This document shows, piece by piece, positions 1 to 8,864 of a stretch of 64,000 nt of DNA. Source of the stretch: Alphaproteobacteria bacterium (lineage in GTDB: Bacteria; Pseudomonadota; Alphaproteobacteria; JBKEAR01). The translations under genes and the position numbers were made by a program. Position 1 is the stretch's first letter, and every line of letters starts with the position of its first letter. A model generated the notes under the pieces. It was not told the DNA's origin and ran no database searches. It saw nothing but the letters and a program-made list of their open reading frames with translations. The stretch spans positions 4,540 through 68,539 of the forward strand of contig JBKEBO010000065.1 of NCBI GenBank assembly GCA_047973205.1, in the 5' to 3' direction.

Positions 1-154
1 TTTTATAAGTAAATCTTTCATTAAATATGGGCTACCCATAAAATTCACTCCTTATTATTTTGATATAGCTGTCATTTTTATTTTCGCTATATCAGCACTC
101 AATTTACAGTAAATTAAGATAAATAAAAAGCTAATATAGCCTTAAAAACTTCTA

Positions 155-182
155 TTGACAATAATCAATCTTCAATATACAA
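155..182 (+). promoter_or_regulatory. Sigma70-like promoter TTGACA-N17-TACAAT upstream of the SDR gene
   Basis: TTGACA at 155-160 and TACAAT at 177-182 with a 17-bp spacer, about 60 bp upstream of the ATG at 244. The 176-193 palindrome overlaps the -10 hexamer. Confidence 0.4.
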
Positions 183-243
183 TACACTGTATATTGATAA
201 GTTTCAATAATAATTTTTGAAAATAAACGGTGGAGATTTAAAA

Positions 244-1005
244 ATGAGCAATAAATTAAAAGAAAAAGTTGCAATTATTACAGGAGGAGGTGTTGGTATA
301 GGTAAAGCGGCGGCTATTGCTTTTGCCCGTGAGGGAGCATCAGTTATGGTCAATGATATTAACACGGATGCGGCACAGTTAGTTGTGAAGGAAATAGAAG
401 CTGCGGGTGGTATTGCAGCTGTTAACGGGGAAGCAATGGGAACATCTCAAGCTGGAGATGCTCTTGTTGCGGCAACAATCGAAAAATTTGGAGCCGTTGA
501 TATTCTTTATAATAATGCAGGAATTTCAGCCCATGGTAATATGTTTGAGCTTTCTGATAAAGATTATCGTAATGTGATGAATGTTAATCTTGATGCAGTT
601 TTTTATACATCACGAGCAGCGGTAAGAGAATCTATGAAGCCTCGCAAAACAGGAAAAATTATTAATGTTGTTAGTCGTGTGGCTCTTCGGGGACGTGCAG
701 GTGATAGTAACTATGCTGCAGCTAAGTTAGGTGTAGCGGCATTTACCTTAAGTTGGTCTTTAGAGCTTATGAAATATGGTATTAATGTAAATGCAGTTTC
801 ACCTGCAGCATGGACTCCATTGGCAGATGCTCAGCCAAAAGAGGTTCAGGAATATATGCGTAAAGCTCGTTCGCAAAATGTGATTAATCGGGTAGGAGAG
901 GCGGAAGATATTGTTCCAACTCTTTTGTTTTTAGCGAGTAGCGATTCGGATTATGTTACAGGTAACATTTTACATGCCACAGGTCAGCCTATAAGTTTGA
1001 ATTAA
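244..1005 (+). CDS. Short-chain dehydrogenase/reductase (SDR) family oxidoreductase
   Basis: N-terminal TGGGVGIGKA Rossmann motif, NNAG motif and YAAAK catalytic motif. The track ORF begins at a TTG at 217. The ATG at 244 has a GGTGGAG Shine-Dalgarno 9 nt upstream. Confidence 0.8.
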   Translation: MSNKLKEKVAIITGGGVGIGKAAAIAFAREGASVMVNDINTDAAQLVVKEIEAAGGIAAVNGEAMGTSQAGDALVAATIEKFGAVDILYNNAGISAHGNMFELSDKDYRNVMNVNLDAVFYTSRAAVRESMKPRKTGKIINVVSRVALRGRAGDSNYAAAKLGVAAFTLSWSLELMKYGINVNAVSPAAWTPLADAQPKEVQEYMRKARSQNVINRVGEAEDIVPTLLFLASSDSDYVTGNILHATGQPISLN

Positions 1006-1040
1006 AAGAATTTCTTAAAATAGTATATCACAATAAAGAT

Positions 1041-1071
1041 TGAGCCTTTAACTTTAAAGGCTCATATTTTT
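1041..1071 (+). terminator. Rho-independent terminator hairpin, 10-bp perfect stem followed by a T-run
   Basis: tgagccttta-act-taaaggctca followed by tatttttaa. It sits between the convergent SDR and galK 3' ends. Confidence 0.5.
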
Positions 1072-2152
1072 AAATAAGGGATGATTTGGGGTGGAGGTTA
1101 TGGACTTGTTGCCACCAATTATCTATATCTTTTGTTTTAACAAGGGCGATACATGAGCCTCCAAAGCCACCGCCAATTTGACGAGCCCCTAAAGCACCGC
1201 ATTTAATCATATCTTCAACCAAAGCATCGGTTTCAGCAATGGTAATTTCAAAATCATCACGTTCTGATATATGACCTTCGGTAATAATTTTACCTATAGT
1301 TGCCATATCTTTATCGGCAAGAGCTTGTTTCATATCAAGAACACGTTGATTCTCTGTAATAATATGCTTTGCACGACGATTTAAAGGCTCTGCAATAGCC
1401 ATAACCCTATCAAGCTCATCAACGTGAACCTTGCGAAGAGACTTTACACCTAAGGCTTTAGCCGCATCCATACATTGTTTATGAATTGTCTCATAAGCCC
1501 CATCAACTAAGGCATGACTATAGCCAGAAGGGACAACTGCAATAGTGTAACCCTCAGGAATTTTAACATGTTCAAAAGATAAATCTTGAGTGTCAATAAA
1601 CAAAACCTCACCATATTGACAAATGGAGCTTGCCATTTGGTCCATAATACCGCAGGGCATTCCCACATATTCATTTTCGGCCTTGCGAGCCAAAATAGCA
1701 ATATCTAAATCGGATAGTTCAATCTTGAGTAATGTTCTTAAAGCACGGAGCATACAAACCTCTAAGGCTGCAGAGCTTGAGACACCTGCACCTAAGGGAA
1801 CATCGCTATCAAGAGCAATATCTAAAGCAGGGATTGCGATATTCTTTTCTTGGGCAAATATTTGAATAGAGCCAACAAGATAATCAATCCACTTTTCTTG
1901 AGGCTTTTGGCTCGCCTGAGCTTGGAGCATCTTTTTATCGTAAGTAGAGATAAAACGTAGCTCACCCATTGGAGCATCTTTGTTTATGGCAATCGCTATC
2001 TTTGCCGATTGTTTTAGGGCAAAGGGCATAATGAAGCCCATATTATAATCGGTATGTTCACCAATTAAATTACCACGACCTGGAGCTTTAGCCGTTGCTG
2101 TGGGACTATAGCCATAGGATTCTTCAAAAAAAGATATAATATTATTCATCAT
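1070..2152 (-). CDS. galK: Galactokinase
   Basis: GEHTDY galactokinase signature and a GHMP-kinase PLGAGVSSSAA motif. It sits next to galT and galE. Confidence 0.9.
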   Translation of the reverse strand: MMNNIISFFEESYGYSPTATAKAPGRGNLIGEHTDYNMGFIMPFALKQSAKIAIAINKDAPMGELRFISTYDKKMLQAQASQKPQEKWIDYLVGSIQIFAQEKNIAIPALDIALDSDVPLGAGVSSSAALEVCMLRALRTLLKIELSDLDIAILARKAENEYVGMPCGIMDQMASSICQYGEVLFIDTQDLSFEHVKIPEGYTIAVVPSGYSHALVDGAYETIHKQCMDAAKALGVKSLRKVHVDELDRVMAIAEPLNRRAKHIITENQRVLDMKQALADKDMATIGKIITEGHISERDDFEITIAETDALVEDMIKCGALGARQIGGGFGGSCIALVKTKDIDNWWQQVHNLHPKSSLI

Positions 2153-3228
2153 TAAACCTCAATTTTTCTTAATTTTTTAGCCATATCTTCAGGGGAAATA
2201 TCACTTAAGAATAGTCCTAAAGATTGCTCGATACCTGCAATATATTTCATTTTATTGGCATCGCGTAAAAAAGGAAGAAACTGAATATGAAAATGCCACT
2301 TATCTTCCATACCTTGTGGAGCAGCATATAAGCCCATAATATAAGGCATATTGCGTTCAAACAAGCCATCAAGCTTACGTTGCACCACACCAAGACCATG
2401 GGCAAGAGAGGCAATATCATCATTATTGAATTCCCAAGGGCCTGCCATAGGTTCTTTAGGCATAAGCCATGTTTCAAAAGGATAGCGAGCCACAGGAGGT
2501 ACCCATGCAACAAAATATTCGTCCTCCCAAATATTATTTTTACCATGGGTGGTAAAGTAAAGCTCAAGTAGGGCTTGATTTTTTTCGAAAGCAGCTTTCA
2601 TTTTTTTTATATTTGGAGGAAGATGATTAAAAGCATAAAGCTGACCATGGGGATGGGGAAGGGTAACACCAACTTCCTTTCCACGGTTTTCAAAAGGAAA
2701 AATATATTCAAGGTCGGGATTTTGCCTTAGCTCATTATAACGATGTGTCCATGCATGGATAAGTAAAGCACGGCGGCTATCAGGCATTTGACCTAAATTT
2801 CCTTCATGCTCGGATGAATAAACAATGACCTCACATTTACCTTTAGCGGGGGCGGTTTTAATACCAAGTTCGGGAGCTATATGGGCATCTAGGCTTAAGC
2901 TAGTAAAGCGATTATCAAAAATAGCCACCTCAAAATCTTCAACAGCAACCTCACCAGGGAAAGCATCTTTAGCTACAGCACATAAAGGGCAATATTCCTT
3001 AGGAGGGTTAAGGGTACGATTTTGCCTTCCTGTGGAATAAATCACCCATTCATCACGTAAAGGATGGTGACACATAAAAGGCTGAGCTAAATTTTCGGTT
3101 GGCTCTAATTCGTTGGTTATATTGTAAGTCCGTTCAGCCTCGCTAAAAAGATGCAAAGAGCGGCCATCATTTTTTGTAACATGATGATAGTAAAAGTTCT
3201 TACTGTCTGCAGACATTTCTTCTTCCAA
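2152..3228 (-). CDS. galT: Galactose-1-phosphate uridylyltransferase
   Basis: HPHGQ active-site motif (LPHPHGQLYAF) and Cys/His zinc ligands in the N-terminal half. It is co-oriented between galK and galE. Confidence 0.85.
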   Translation of the reverse strand: MEEEMSADSKNFYYHHVTKNDGRSLHLFSEAERTYNITNELEPTENLAQPFMCHHPLRDEWVIYSTGRQNRTLNPPKEYCPLCAVAKDAFPGEVAVEDFEVAIFDNRFTSLSLDAHIAPELGIKTAPAKGKCEVIVYSSEHEGNLGQMPDSRRALLIHAWTHRYNELRQNPDLEYIFPFENRGKEVGVTLPHPHGQLYAFNHLPPNIKKMKAAFEKNQALLELYFTTHGKNNIWEDEYFVAWVPPVARYPFETWLMPKEPMAGPWEFNNDDIASLAHGLGVVQRKLDGLFERNMPYIMGLYAAPQGMEDKWHFHIQFLPFLRDANKMKYIAGIEQSLGLFLSDISPEDMAKKLRKIEV

Positions 3229-3242
3229 TCTATCGTTGATGA

Positions 3243-4232
3243 TTATTTTTCAAATACACGCCATTTTTGATACCAAGCCCATGCAGAACGTAAAACAGTA
3301 TCGATATCCGAATGTTTAAGCTCCCAACCTAAAATATCTTTGGCCTTTTTATTATCGGCAATTAAAATGGCGGGGTCTCCTGCACGTCGTGGTGTTTCAA
3401 CAACTTTAATCTCATGATTTGTAGCTCTTTTGGTTGCGTTGATGATTTCTGCAACCGAAAAACCATGGCTTGTACCTAAATTAAATACAGTTGTATCACC
3501 ACCATTTTCAAGATATTGTAATCCTAAGATATGGGCATCAATCAAGTCAGTTACATGAATATAATCACGAACAGCGGTACCATCTTCGGTTGGGTAATCT
3601 GTACCAAAGAGTTTAATATGGTCTTCATCTTTAGCGGCCGCCATAAGAACACGAGGGATAAGATGGGTTTCTGGCTCGTGAGCCTCGCCAATTGTACCAT
3701 CTAAATCTGCACCTGCAGCATTAAAATAGCGAAAACGTACCGATTGAATGCCATGAGCTTTTTGGACATCATCTAAAATATGCTCAATCATGAGTTTAGA
3801 GCGACCATATGGGTTGATGGGCATTTGAGGGAGGTCTTCTTTAATGGGAGTAACTTCAGGCTCGCCATAAACGGCTGCAGTTGAAGAAAAAACAATATAT
3901 TTTACATTATATTTTTTCATCATATGTAAGATATTAATCGTTCCTGAAACATTGTTCTGATAATATTTGAGAGGCTCGTTTACGCTCTCACCAACCAGTG
4001 AGGCTGCTGCAAAATGCATCACGGCAATAGGCTCATATTTTTTAAAGGCTTCTTCGATATTATTGATGTTATTAATATCACCTTTAAAAAAATCACCCCA
4101 TTGAATGGCCCACTCATGCCCTGTAGCTAAATTATCAAAAACAATCGGATTATAGCCTGCAAGTTTTAAGGCTTTGCAAGCATGGCTACCAATATAGCCT
4201 GCACCGCCAAAAACGATAATATTTTTATTCAT
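3243..4232 (-). CDS. galE: UDP-glucose 4-epimerase
   Basis: GGAGYIGSH NAD-binding motif, PYGRSK (YxxxK) catalytic motif, 329 aa. Confidence 0.9.
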   Translation of the reverse strand: MNKNIIVFGGAGYIGSHACKALKLAGYNPIVFDNLATGHEWAIQWGDFFKGDINNINNIEEAFKKYEPIAVMHFAAASLVGESVNEPLKYYQNNVSGTINILHMMKKYNVKYIVFSSTAAVYGEPEVTPIKEDLPQMPINPYGRSKLMIEHILDDVQKAHGIQSVRFRYFNAAGADLDGTIGEAHEPETHLIPRVLMAAAKDEDHIKLFGTDYPTEDGTAVRDYIHVTDLIDAHILGLQYLENGGDTTVFNLGTSHGFSVAEIINATKRATNHEIKVVETPRRAGDPAILIADNKKAKDILGWELKHSDIDTVLRSAWAWYQKWRVFEK

Positions 4233-4268
4233 ATCCCCAATTCCTTATCGGTTAAGTTTGCTTAAATT

Positions 4269-4754
4269 TTATTTTTCATAAGATTGTAATTCATCCACAA
4301 TAACCTCAAGAGCCACACCTGCTTTGGCAAACATATCTCTTGTTTCTTGTGCCGCATGATAACGGCGTTTGCATACAACTTTTTCAATACCAACCGAGAT
4401 AATCATCATCGCACATGTACGGCATGGCTCCATAGTGCAATAAAGAGTCGCACCTTGCAAAGAAACCCCATGACGAGCCGCTTGGCAAATGGCATTTTGT
4501 TCTGCATGGATAGTTCGCATACAATGTTCTCTTACCTGACCATCATCATCAATGACTTTTTTCATCAAATGGCCAACTTCATCACAATGTTCTAAGCCCG
4601 AGGGAGAGCCTACGTAACCTGTCGCAATAATACGCTTATCTTTTGTAATCACACAACCCGAACGCCCTCGATTACAGGTGGCTCTTTTGCCGACATTTTC
4701 TACAAGCTCTAAAAAATACTCATCCCATGATGGGCGAACATATTCATCTGACAT
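4269..4754 (-). CDS. dCMP/cytidine deaminase family zinc enzyme (ComEB/dCMP deaminase-like)
   Basis: HAEQNAI and PCRTCA zinc-binding motifs, 161 aa. It lies upstream of and co-oriented with galE-galT-galK. Confidence 0.8.
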   Translation of the reverse strand: MSDEYVRPSWDEYFLELVENVGKRATCNRGRSGCVITKDKRIIATGYVGSPSGLEHCDEVGHLMKKVIDDDGQVREHCMRTIHAEQNAICQAARHGVSLQGATLYCTMEPCRTCAMMIISVGIEKVVCKRRYHAAQETRDMFAKAGVALEVIVDELQSYEK

Positions 4755-4922
4755 ACTTTACCTCCATTTATTTGAAATATTATAACTCTATGATATTTTT
4801 AGCAATCTATTTTCACTATAAAAATAATACTGAGAGATTATAACCAAAAAGCTTTAAGAAAACAAACTTGCTTTTTATTATCATTTCCCCTTATGATGCT
4901 CTTTAAAAGAAATGGAGCAAAA

Positions 4923-5366
4923 ATGAAACATGTAGAAATCTTTACCGATGGTGCTTGTTCAGGTAATCCTGGCCCTGGAGGTTGGGGGGCTATTTTACGC
5001 TATAAAGGCCTCGATAAAGAGATGAATGGCTATGCTCCACAAACGACCAATAACCAGATGGAACTCACTGCAGCTATTGAGGCTCTTAAGGCCTTAAAAG
5101 AGCCATGCAAGGTTACTTTAGTTACCGATAGCAACTATGTTAAAGATGGCATTACCAGATGGATATTTAACTGGAAAAAAAATAACTGGCGAACGGCTCA
5201 AAAAAAGCCTGTAAAAAATCAGGAATTATGGCAAGCTCTCGATAAAGAGATTAGCCGCCATGATATGACATGGCAATGGGTTAAAGGTCATAAAGGCCAT
5301 GTGGAAAATGAACGAGCTGATGAGCTTGCTCGTATGGCCATAGCCGAGCATCATAAACAAGAGTAA
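4923..5366 (+). CDS. rnhA: Ribonuclease HI
   Basis: The N-terminus [22 protein letters not shown] is the classic RNase H start. GGAG lies 5 nt upstream of the ATG at 4923. The track ORF starts at 4893. Confidence 0.9.
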   Translation: MKHVEIFTDGACSGNPGPGGWGAILRYKGLDKEMNGYAPQTTNNQMELTAAIEALKALKEPCKVTLVTDSNYVKDGITRWIFNWKKNNWRTAQKKPVKNQELWQALDKEISRHDMTWQWVKGHKGHVENERADELARMAIAEHHKQE

Positions 5367-6181
5367 AATAAAGCCTCAAGCTGGTGACGGATTTCTTGAG
5401 CAGTTGCGGGCTTTTTGTGGATATGTTGAATGCTTTGGGTGGTTAGCTTAACAAGGTCGCTATTTTTTTGAGCAAGCTCACCATTGGGTAAATAGAGGTT
5501 GTTTTCGAAGCCCACACGCATATCGCCCCCAAGGCTAATAACAGCTTGGGCAATCGTTGTTTCTAAGATACCAAAAGCACAGACCATCCAAAGATGCTGC
5601 TGCTTGTTATTGGCAATAAAATCAATTAAATCAAGGGGAGATGATGTTCCTTTTTCTTCATAACGCCCCAAAACAAATAAAACAGAATGCCGCCTTTTCG
5701 GAATGATATTTTGCTCCATAAGTTGCTTAAGGTATAAGAGTTCATCAGGGTGATATAAGATAATCTGATAATGAATTCTTTCGTCTTCGAGCCAATGAAA
5801 AAACTCTTGAGCCTGGGGAATATATTCTTGTGAGGGGATAATCTCTTTTAAGCCTAAACTTACAGCCTCAGGATGAACCTCCTTAACACTTTGAATTTGC
5901 TCATGAGGCTGATACAAACCTACAGATTCTGTTGTGATTTGAACAAATAAATCATCATGGAAACAATGTTTTAGAGCTTGTAACGTTTGCTTATAGCGTT
6001 GAGCATCTAAAGTATGCTTACCATTATCATCACGAATATGGAGGTGAAAAAAGGCACTTCCTGCATTTAAACATTCTTCAGCAGTGCGTAAAATACCATC
6101 GGTTGTTAAAGGTAAATAGGGGTGGTCGGCTTTGGTTTTTCTTCCCCCATTAGGAGCGGTTGCTATAATGGTTGCTCGCAT
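5351..6181 (-). CDS. BKACE family enzyme (3-keto-5-aminohexanoate cleavage enzyme-like, DUF849)
   Basis: N-terminal [22 protein letters not shown] plus HLHIRDDNG are characteristic of the beta-keto acid cleavage enzyme family. Its 3' end overlaps the rnhA 3' end by 16 bp. Confidence 0.7.
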   Translation of the reverse strand: MRATIIATAPNGGRKTKADHPYLPLTTDGILRTAEECLNAGSAFFHLHIRDDNGKHTLDAQRYKQTLQALKHCFHDDLFVQITTESVGLYQPHEQIQSVKEVHPEAVSLGLKEIIPSQEYIPQAQEFFHWLEDERIHYQIILYHPDELLYLKQLMEQNIIPKRRHSVLFVLGRYEEKGTSSPLDLIDFIANNKQQHLWMVCAFGILETTIAQAVISLGGDMRVGFENNLYLPNGELAQKNSDLVKLTTQSIQHIHKKPATAQEIRHQLEALFYSCL

Positions 6182-6192
6182 GAGATTATCCC

Positions 6193-7515
6193 TTAAAAGA
6201 TTGAGGCAAAAATTTTATCCAGCTTTGTGAATAGCTCATCAAACTGTTGTTCTTTATAGATAAATGGTGGTGCTAATAGTAGATGGTCGCCTAAGTTACC
6301 ATCGGCTGTACCATTGCCAGGATAAAAGATTAAGCCCTCATTCATCCCTGCATTTTTTAGCTTGCCTGCAATATTATCTTCTTTGGTAAAGGGTTGCTTT
6401 GTTGCTCTGCTGGCAACAAATTCAATACCCCAAAAATAGCCACGCCCACGAATATCACCAATAGTTTCATATTTTTGAGCCAGATTTTCTAAGCCTTGTT
6501 TAAAGAGCGTTTCATTATCTCGAATTTTTTTAAGCAATCCTTGGTTGTCAATTTCTTTTTGAACCGCTAAAGCAGCAGCAGTTGCACTGGCATGGGAAAT
6601 ATAAGTATGGCCATGTTGAAAAAAGCCTGAACCCTTATAGATAACATCATAAATATCTTGAGAAACCATCATCATACCAATGGGTTGATAGCCTCCGCCT
6701 AAGCCTTTAGCAGAAGTTAAAATATCAGGAGAAATATCTTCATACTCGCAAGCATAACGATAGCCCGAACGCCCCATGCCGCACATGACCTCATCTAAAA
6801 TTAGCAGAATATCATATTGGCTACAAATGCGGCGTATCTCCTTAAAATAGCTATGAGCCGCAGGTACGCACCCTAAAGTTGCCCCCACAATAGTTTCGGC
6901 AAAAAATGCAGCCACTTTTTCGCTTCCGATTTCTAGAATTTTATCTTCGAGTTCTTTGGCTGCTCTTATGCCATATTCGGCCTCGCTTTCATCATCATTT
7001 TGATAGCGATAAGCATAGCATGGGTTAATAAAGTGAATATTGTCGTTTAAAATCTCATTAAAGGGAACACGGCGTTGCACATTTCCTCCTAAAGATAAAG
7101 CACCCAAAGTATTGCCATGATAAGATTGTTTGCGAGAGATATATTGTGTCTTTTCGGCTCTTCCAGCCTCATAGTGATATTGTCGTGCGATTTTCATTGC
7201 GGCTTCATTAGCCTCAGAGCCACCACACAGATAATAAACATGGCTTAAGCCTTTAGGGGCTTTGCTTACAAGATATTCGGCCAATTCTTCGGCAGGCTCA
7301 TTGGTAAAAAATCCTGAATGAGCAAAGGCAATTTTGTGAATTTGTTCTTCAATGGCCTGTTGTACGGCCTTATTATTATGACCAAGGCAAGAAACGGCCG
7401 CTCCTCCAGAAGCATCTAAATATCTTTTCCCTGTAGTATCAATCAGATAAGCCCCATCACCTGTTTGTATTGTAGGATAATTGGCTTTGAGATGGCGGTG
7501 AAAAATAGCAGACAT
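6193..7515 (-). CDS. Class III (omega) aminotransferase, PLP-dependent
   Basis: 440 aa with the DEVMCGMGRSG motif and a PLP-lysine region (TSAKGLGGGYQPIG). This is a BioA, beta-alanine-pyruvate transaminase-like fold. Confidence 0.85.
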   Translation of the reverse strand: MSAIFHRHLKANYPTIQTGDGAYLIDTTGKRYLDASGGAAVSCLGHNNKAVQQAIEEQIHKIAFAHSGFFTNEPAEELAEYLVSKAPKGLSHVYYLCGGSEANEAAMKIARQYHYEAGRAEKTQYISRKQSYHGNTLGALSLGGNVQRRVPFNEILNDNIHFINPCYAYRYQNDDESEAEYGIRAAKELEDKILEIGSEKVAAFFAETIVGATLGCVPAAHSYFKEIRRICSQYDILLILDEVMCGMGRSGYRYACEYEDISPDILTSAKGLGGGYQPIGMMMVSQDIYDVIYKGSGFFQHGHTYISHASATAAALAVQKEIDNQGLLKKIRDNETLFKQGLENLAQKYETIGDIRGRGYFWGIEFVASRATKQPFTKEDNIAGKLKNAGMNEGLIFYPGNGTADGNLGDHLLLAPPFIYKEQQFDELFTKLDKIFASIF

Positions 7516-7530
7516 AATATAAACTCCAAA

Positions 7531-8775
7531 TTACTGATATGGGGTGCTTCGACGATTAAATTCATTTTTTAGAGAATCAAGAACCTCACTTAAAGGCAAT
7601 ACGGGAAGTATGGCTCGAATTTGTCGCAATAAAGTATTATAAAAAATAACATTTTTTGGAGACTTAACTAAGAGCAAGGCATTTTGAGGGATATTATCAT
7701 ATTGCTTTTTGAGATGTTGGAGATGTTGTTTTTCTTGTGCGTTTAAACCCTTATATAAATCAGATGATTGTTGCAGACTTTGATTAGCTGGTAACGAAAG
7801 TGTCGCTTTTGCATAACGAAGCTGTTGCTCAGGTTGGGCAAGCCATTGAATAAATTTAGCAACTTGCTTAGGATATTGGGTTGTTGAAATACCAATAAGA
7901 CTATGCTGCTCAGGAATAGCAACACAATCTTTCGTTCCGCAAAGGGGAGAGATAGCATCCCATAAAAAAGGCATGTTTTCCTTATATAAAAAATCGCCAT
8001 AATAGAAGCCTGAAGTATAAAGAGATTCGGTTTTTCCATCTAAAAACAACTGCTTATTTGTATGACTGCGAGCCATTAAGTTCCAATTACCTAAGGAGAA
8101 TAAGCTTTGTTTTTTCCATAAGAGAATATCAGTCAAAAAGTTGCGAAACTGAAAGGTAGATAGATTAAAATTCCCATGGCCATCAATAAAATTAATGCCA
8201 TAAGTCATGGCAATATCGGCCCATAAAGCCCCATTAGGATTAATCAGAATATTGTTTTCGGCAAAATGTTCAAAGGCAGTTTGTTTGCTCTGTTCTAAAA
8301 AATCTTTCCAATACAAGTTGTTAGGGCTATCTATTTTGAGATGGTCGCTACGAATATAAAGATGAGCAAAGTTAATCCCCATGCTAAAACCAACGAGACG
8401 GCTATCGTTGGCATCATGAATAATCCAACTTTGAGTATCGCCATATTGGCTATAAAAAAAGCTTCGCTCCACATAAGGAGATATATCTAAATACCAGTCA
8501 TATAACGAAAATGGCGTTGTGGTTACAGCCATATCATAATCCTCTCCAGCCTTAAGGTTAAGAGGCAAAATATCTCGTATCCAGCGTTGGCTTTTGGGAG
8601 TAAAAACAATATCTTCTTTGAGGTTGTGGGAGGCATCTTGTTGATATTCTTTGGCAAGGCTATTGAGTATTTCGCATTCACGGCCAATATCAATACATAT
8701 GCCTTTGATAGTATTTGCTTGAGCTGCAATACTATTTAGGGCAAAGAGGAAGATAAGAAAAATTATTCTCACCAT
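7531..8775 (-). CDS. Secreted protein, putative periplasmic solute-binding protein (family-1-like), orphan
   Basis: N-terminal signal peptide MVRIIFLIFLFALNSIAAQA, 414 aa. The SBP assignment rests only on size and architecture, with no diagnostic motif. It is first in an apparent operon with the aminotransferase and BKACE genes. Confidence 0.4.
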   Translation of the reverse strand: MVRIIFLIFLFALNSIAAQANTIKGICIDIGRECEILNSLAKEYQQDASHNLKEDIVFTPKSQRWIRDILPLNLKAGEDYDMAVTTTPFSLYDWYLDISPYVERSFFYSQYGDTQSWIIHDANDSRLVGFSMGINFAHLYIRSDHLKIDSPNNLYWKDFLEQSKQTAFEHFAENNILINPNGALWADIAMTYGINFIDGHGNFNLSTFQFRNFLTDILLWKKQSLFSLGNWNLMARSHTNKQLFLDGKTESLYTSGFYYGDFLYKENMPFLWDAISPLCGTKDCVAIPEQHSLIGISTTQYPKQVAKFIQWLAQPEQQLRYAKATLSLPANQSLQQSSDLYKGLNAQEKQHLQHLKKQYDNIPQNALLLVKSPKNVIFYNTLLRQIRAILPVLPLSEVLDSLKNEFNRRSTPYQ

Positions 8776-8864
8776 AAAAAAGCCTTTACTATATGAAACG
8801 ATACTTTAAATTAAAGCATAACATTATATTATAGATTTTGCGAGTTCAAATATGGAGCATAGAA

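Noticed and set aside
1507-2567. Small ORFs of 60-110 aa embedded in or antisense to galK and galT, and similar ones throughout the track inside gyrA, acs, pepN, lptD, fabF and others
   Set aside because: They lie entirely within much longer, motif-supported genes on the same or opposite strand, have no ribosome-binding sites, and have low-complexity translations. I treat them as spurious six-frame artefacts.
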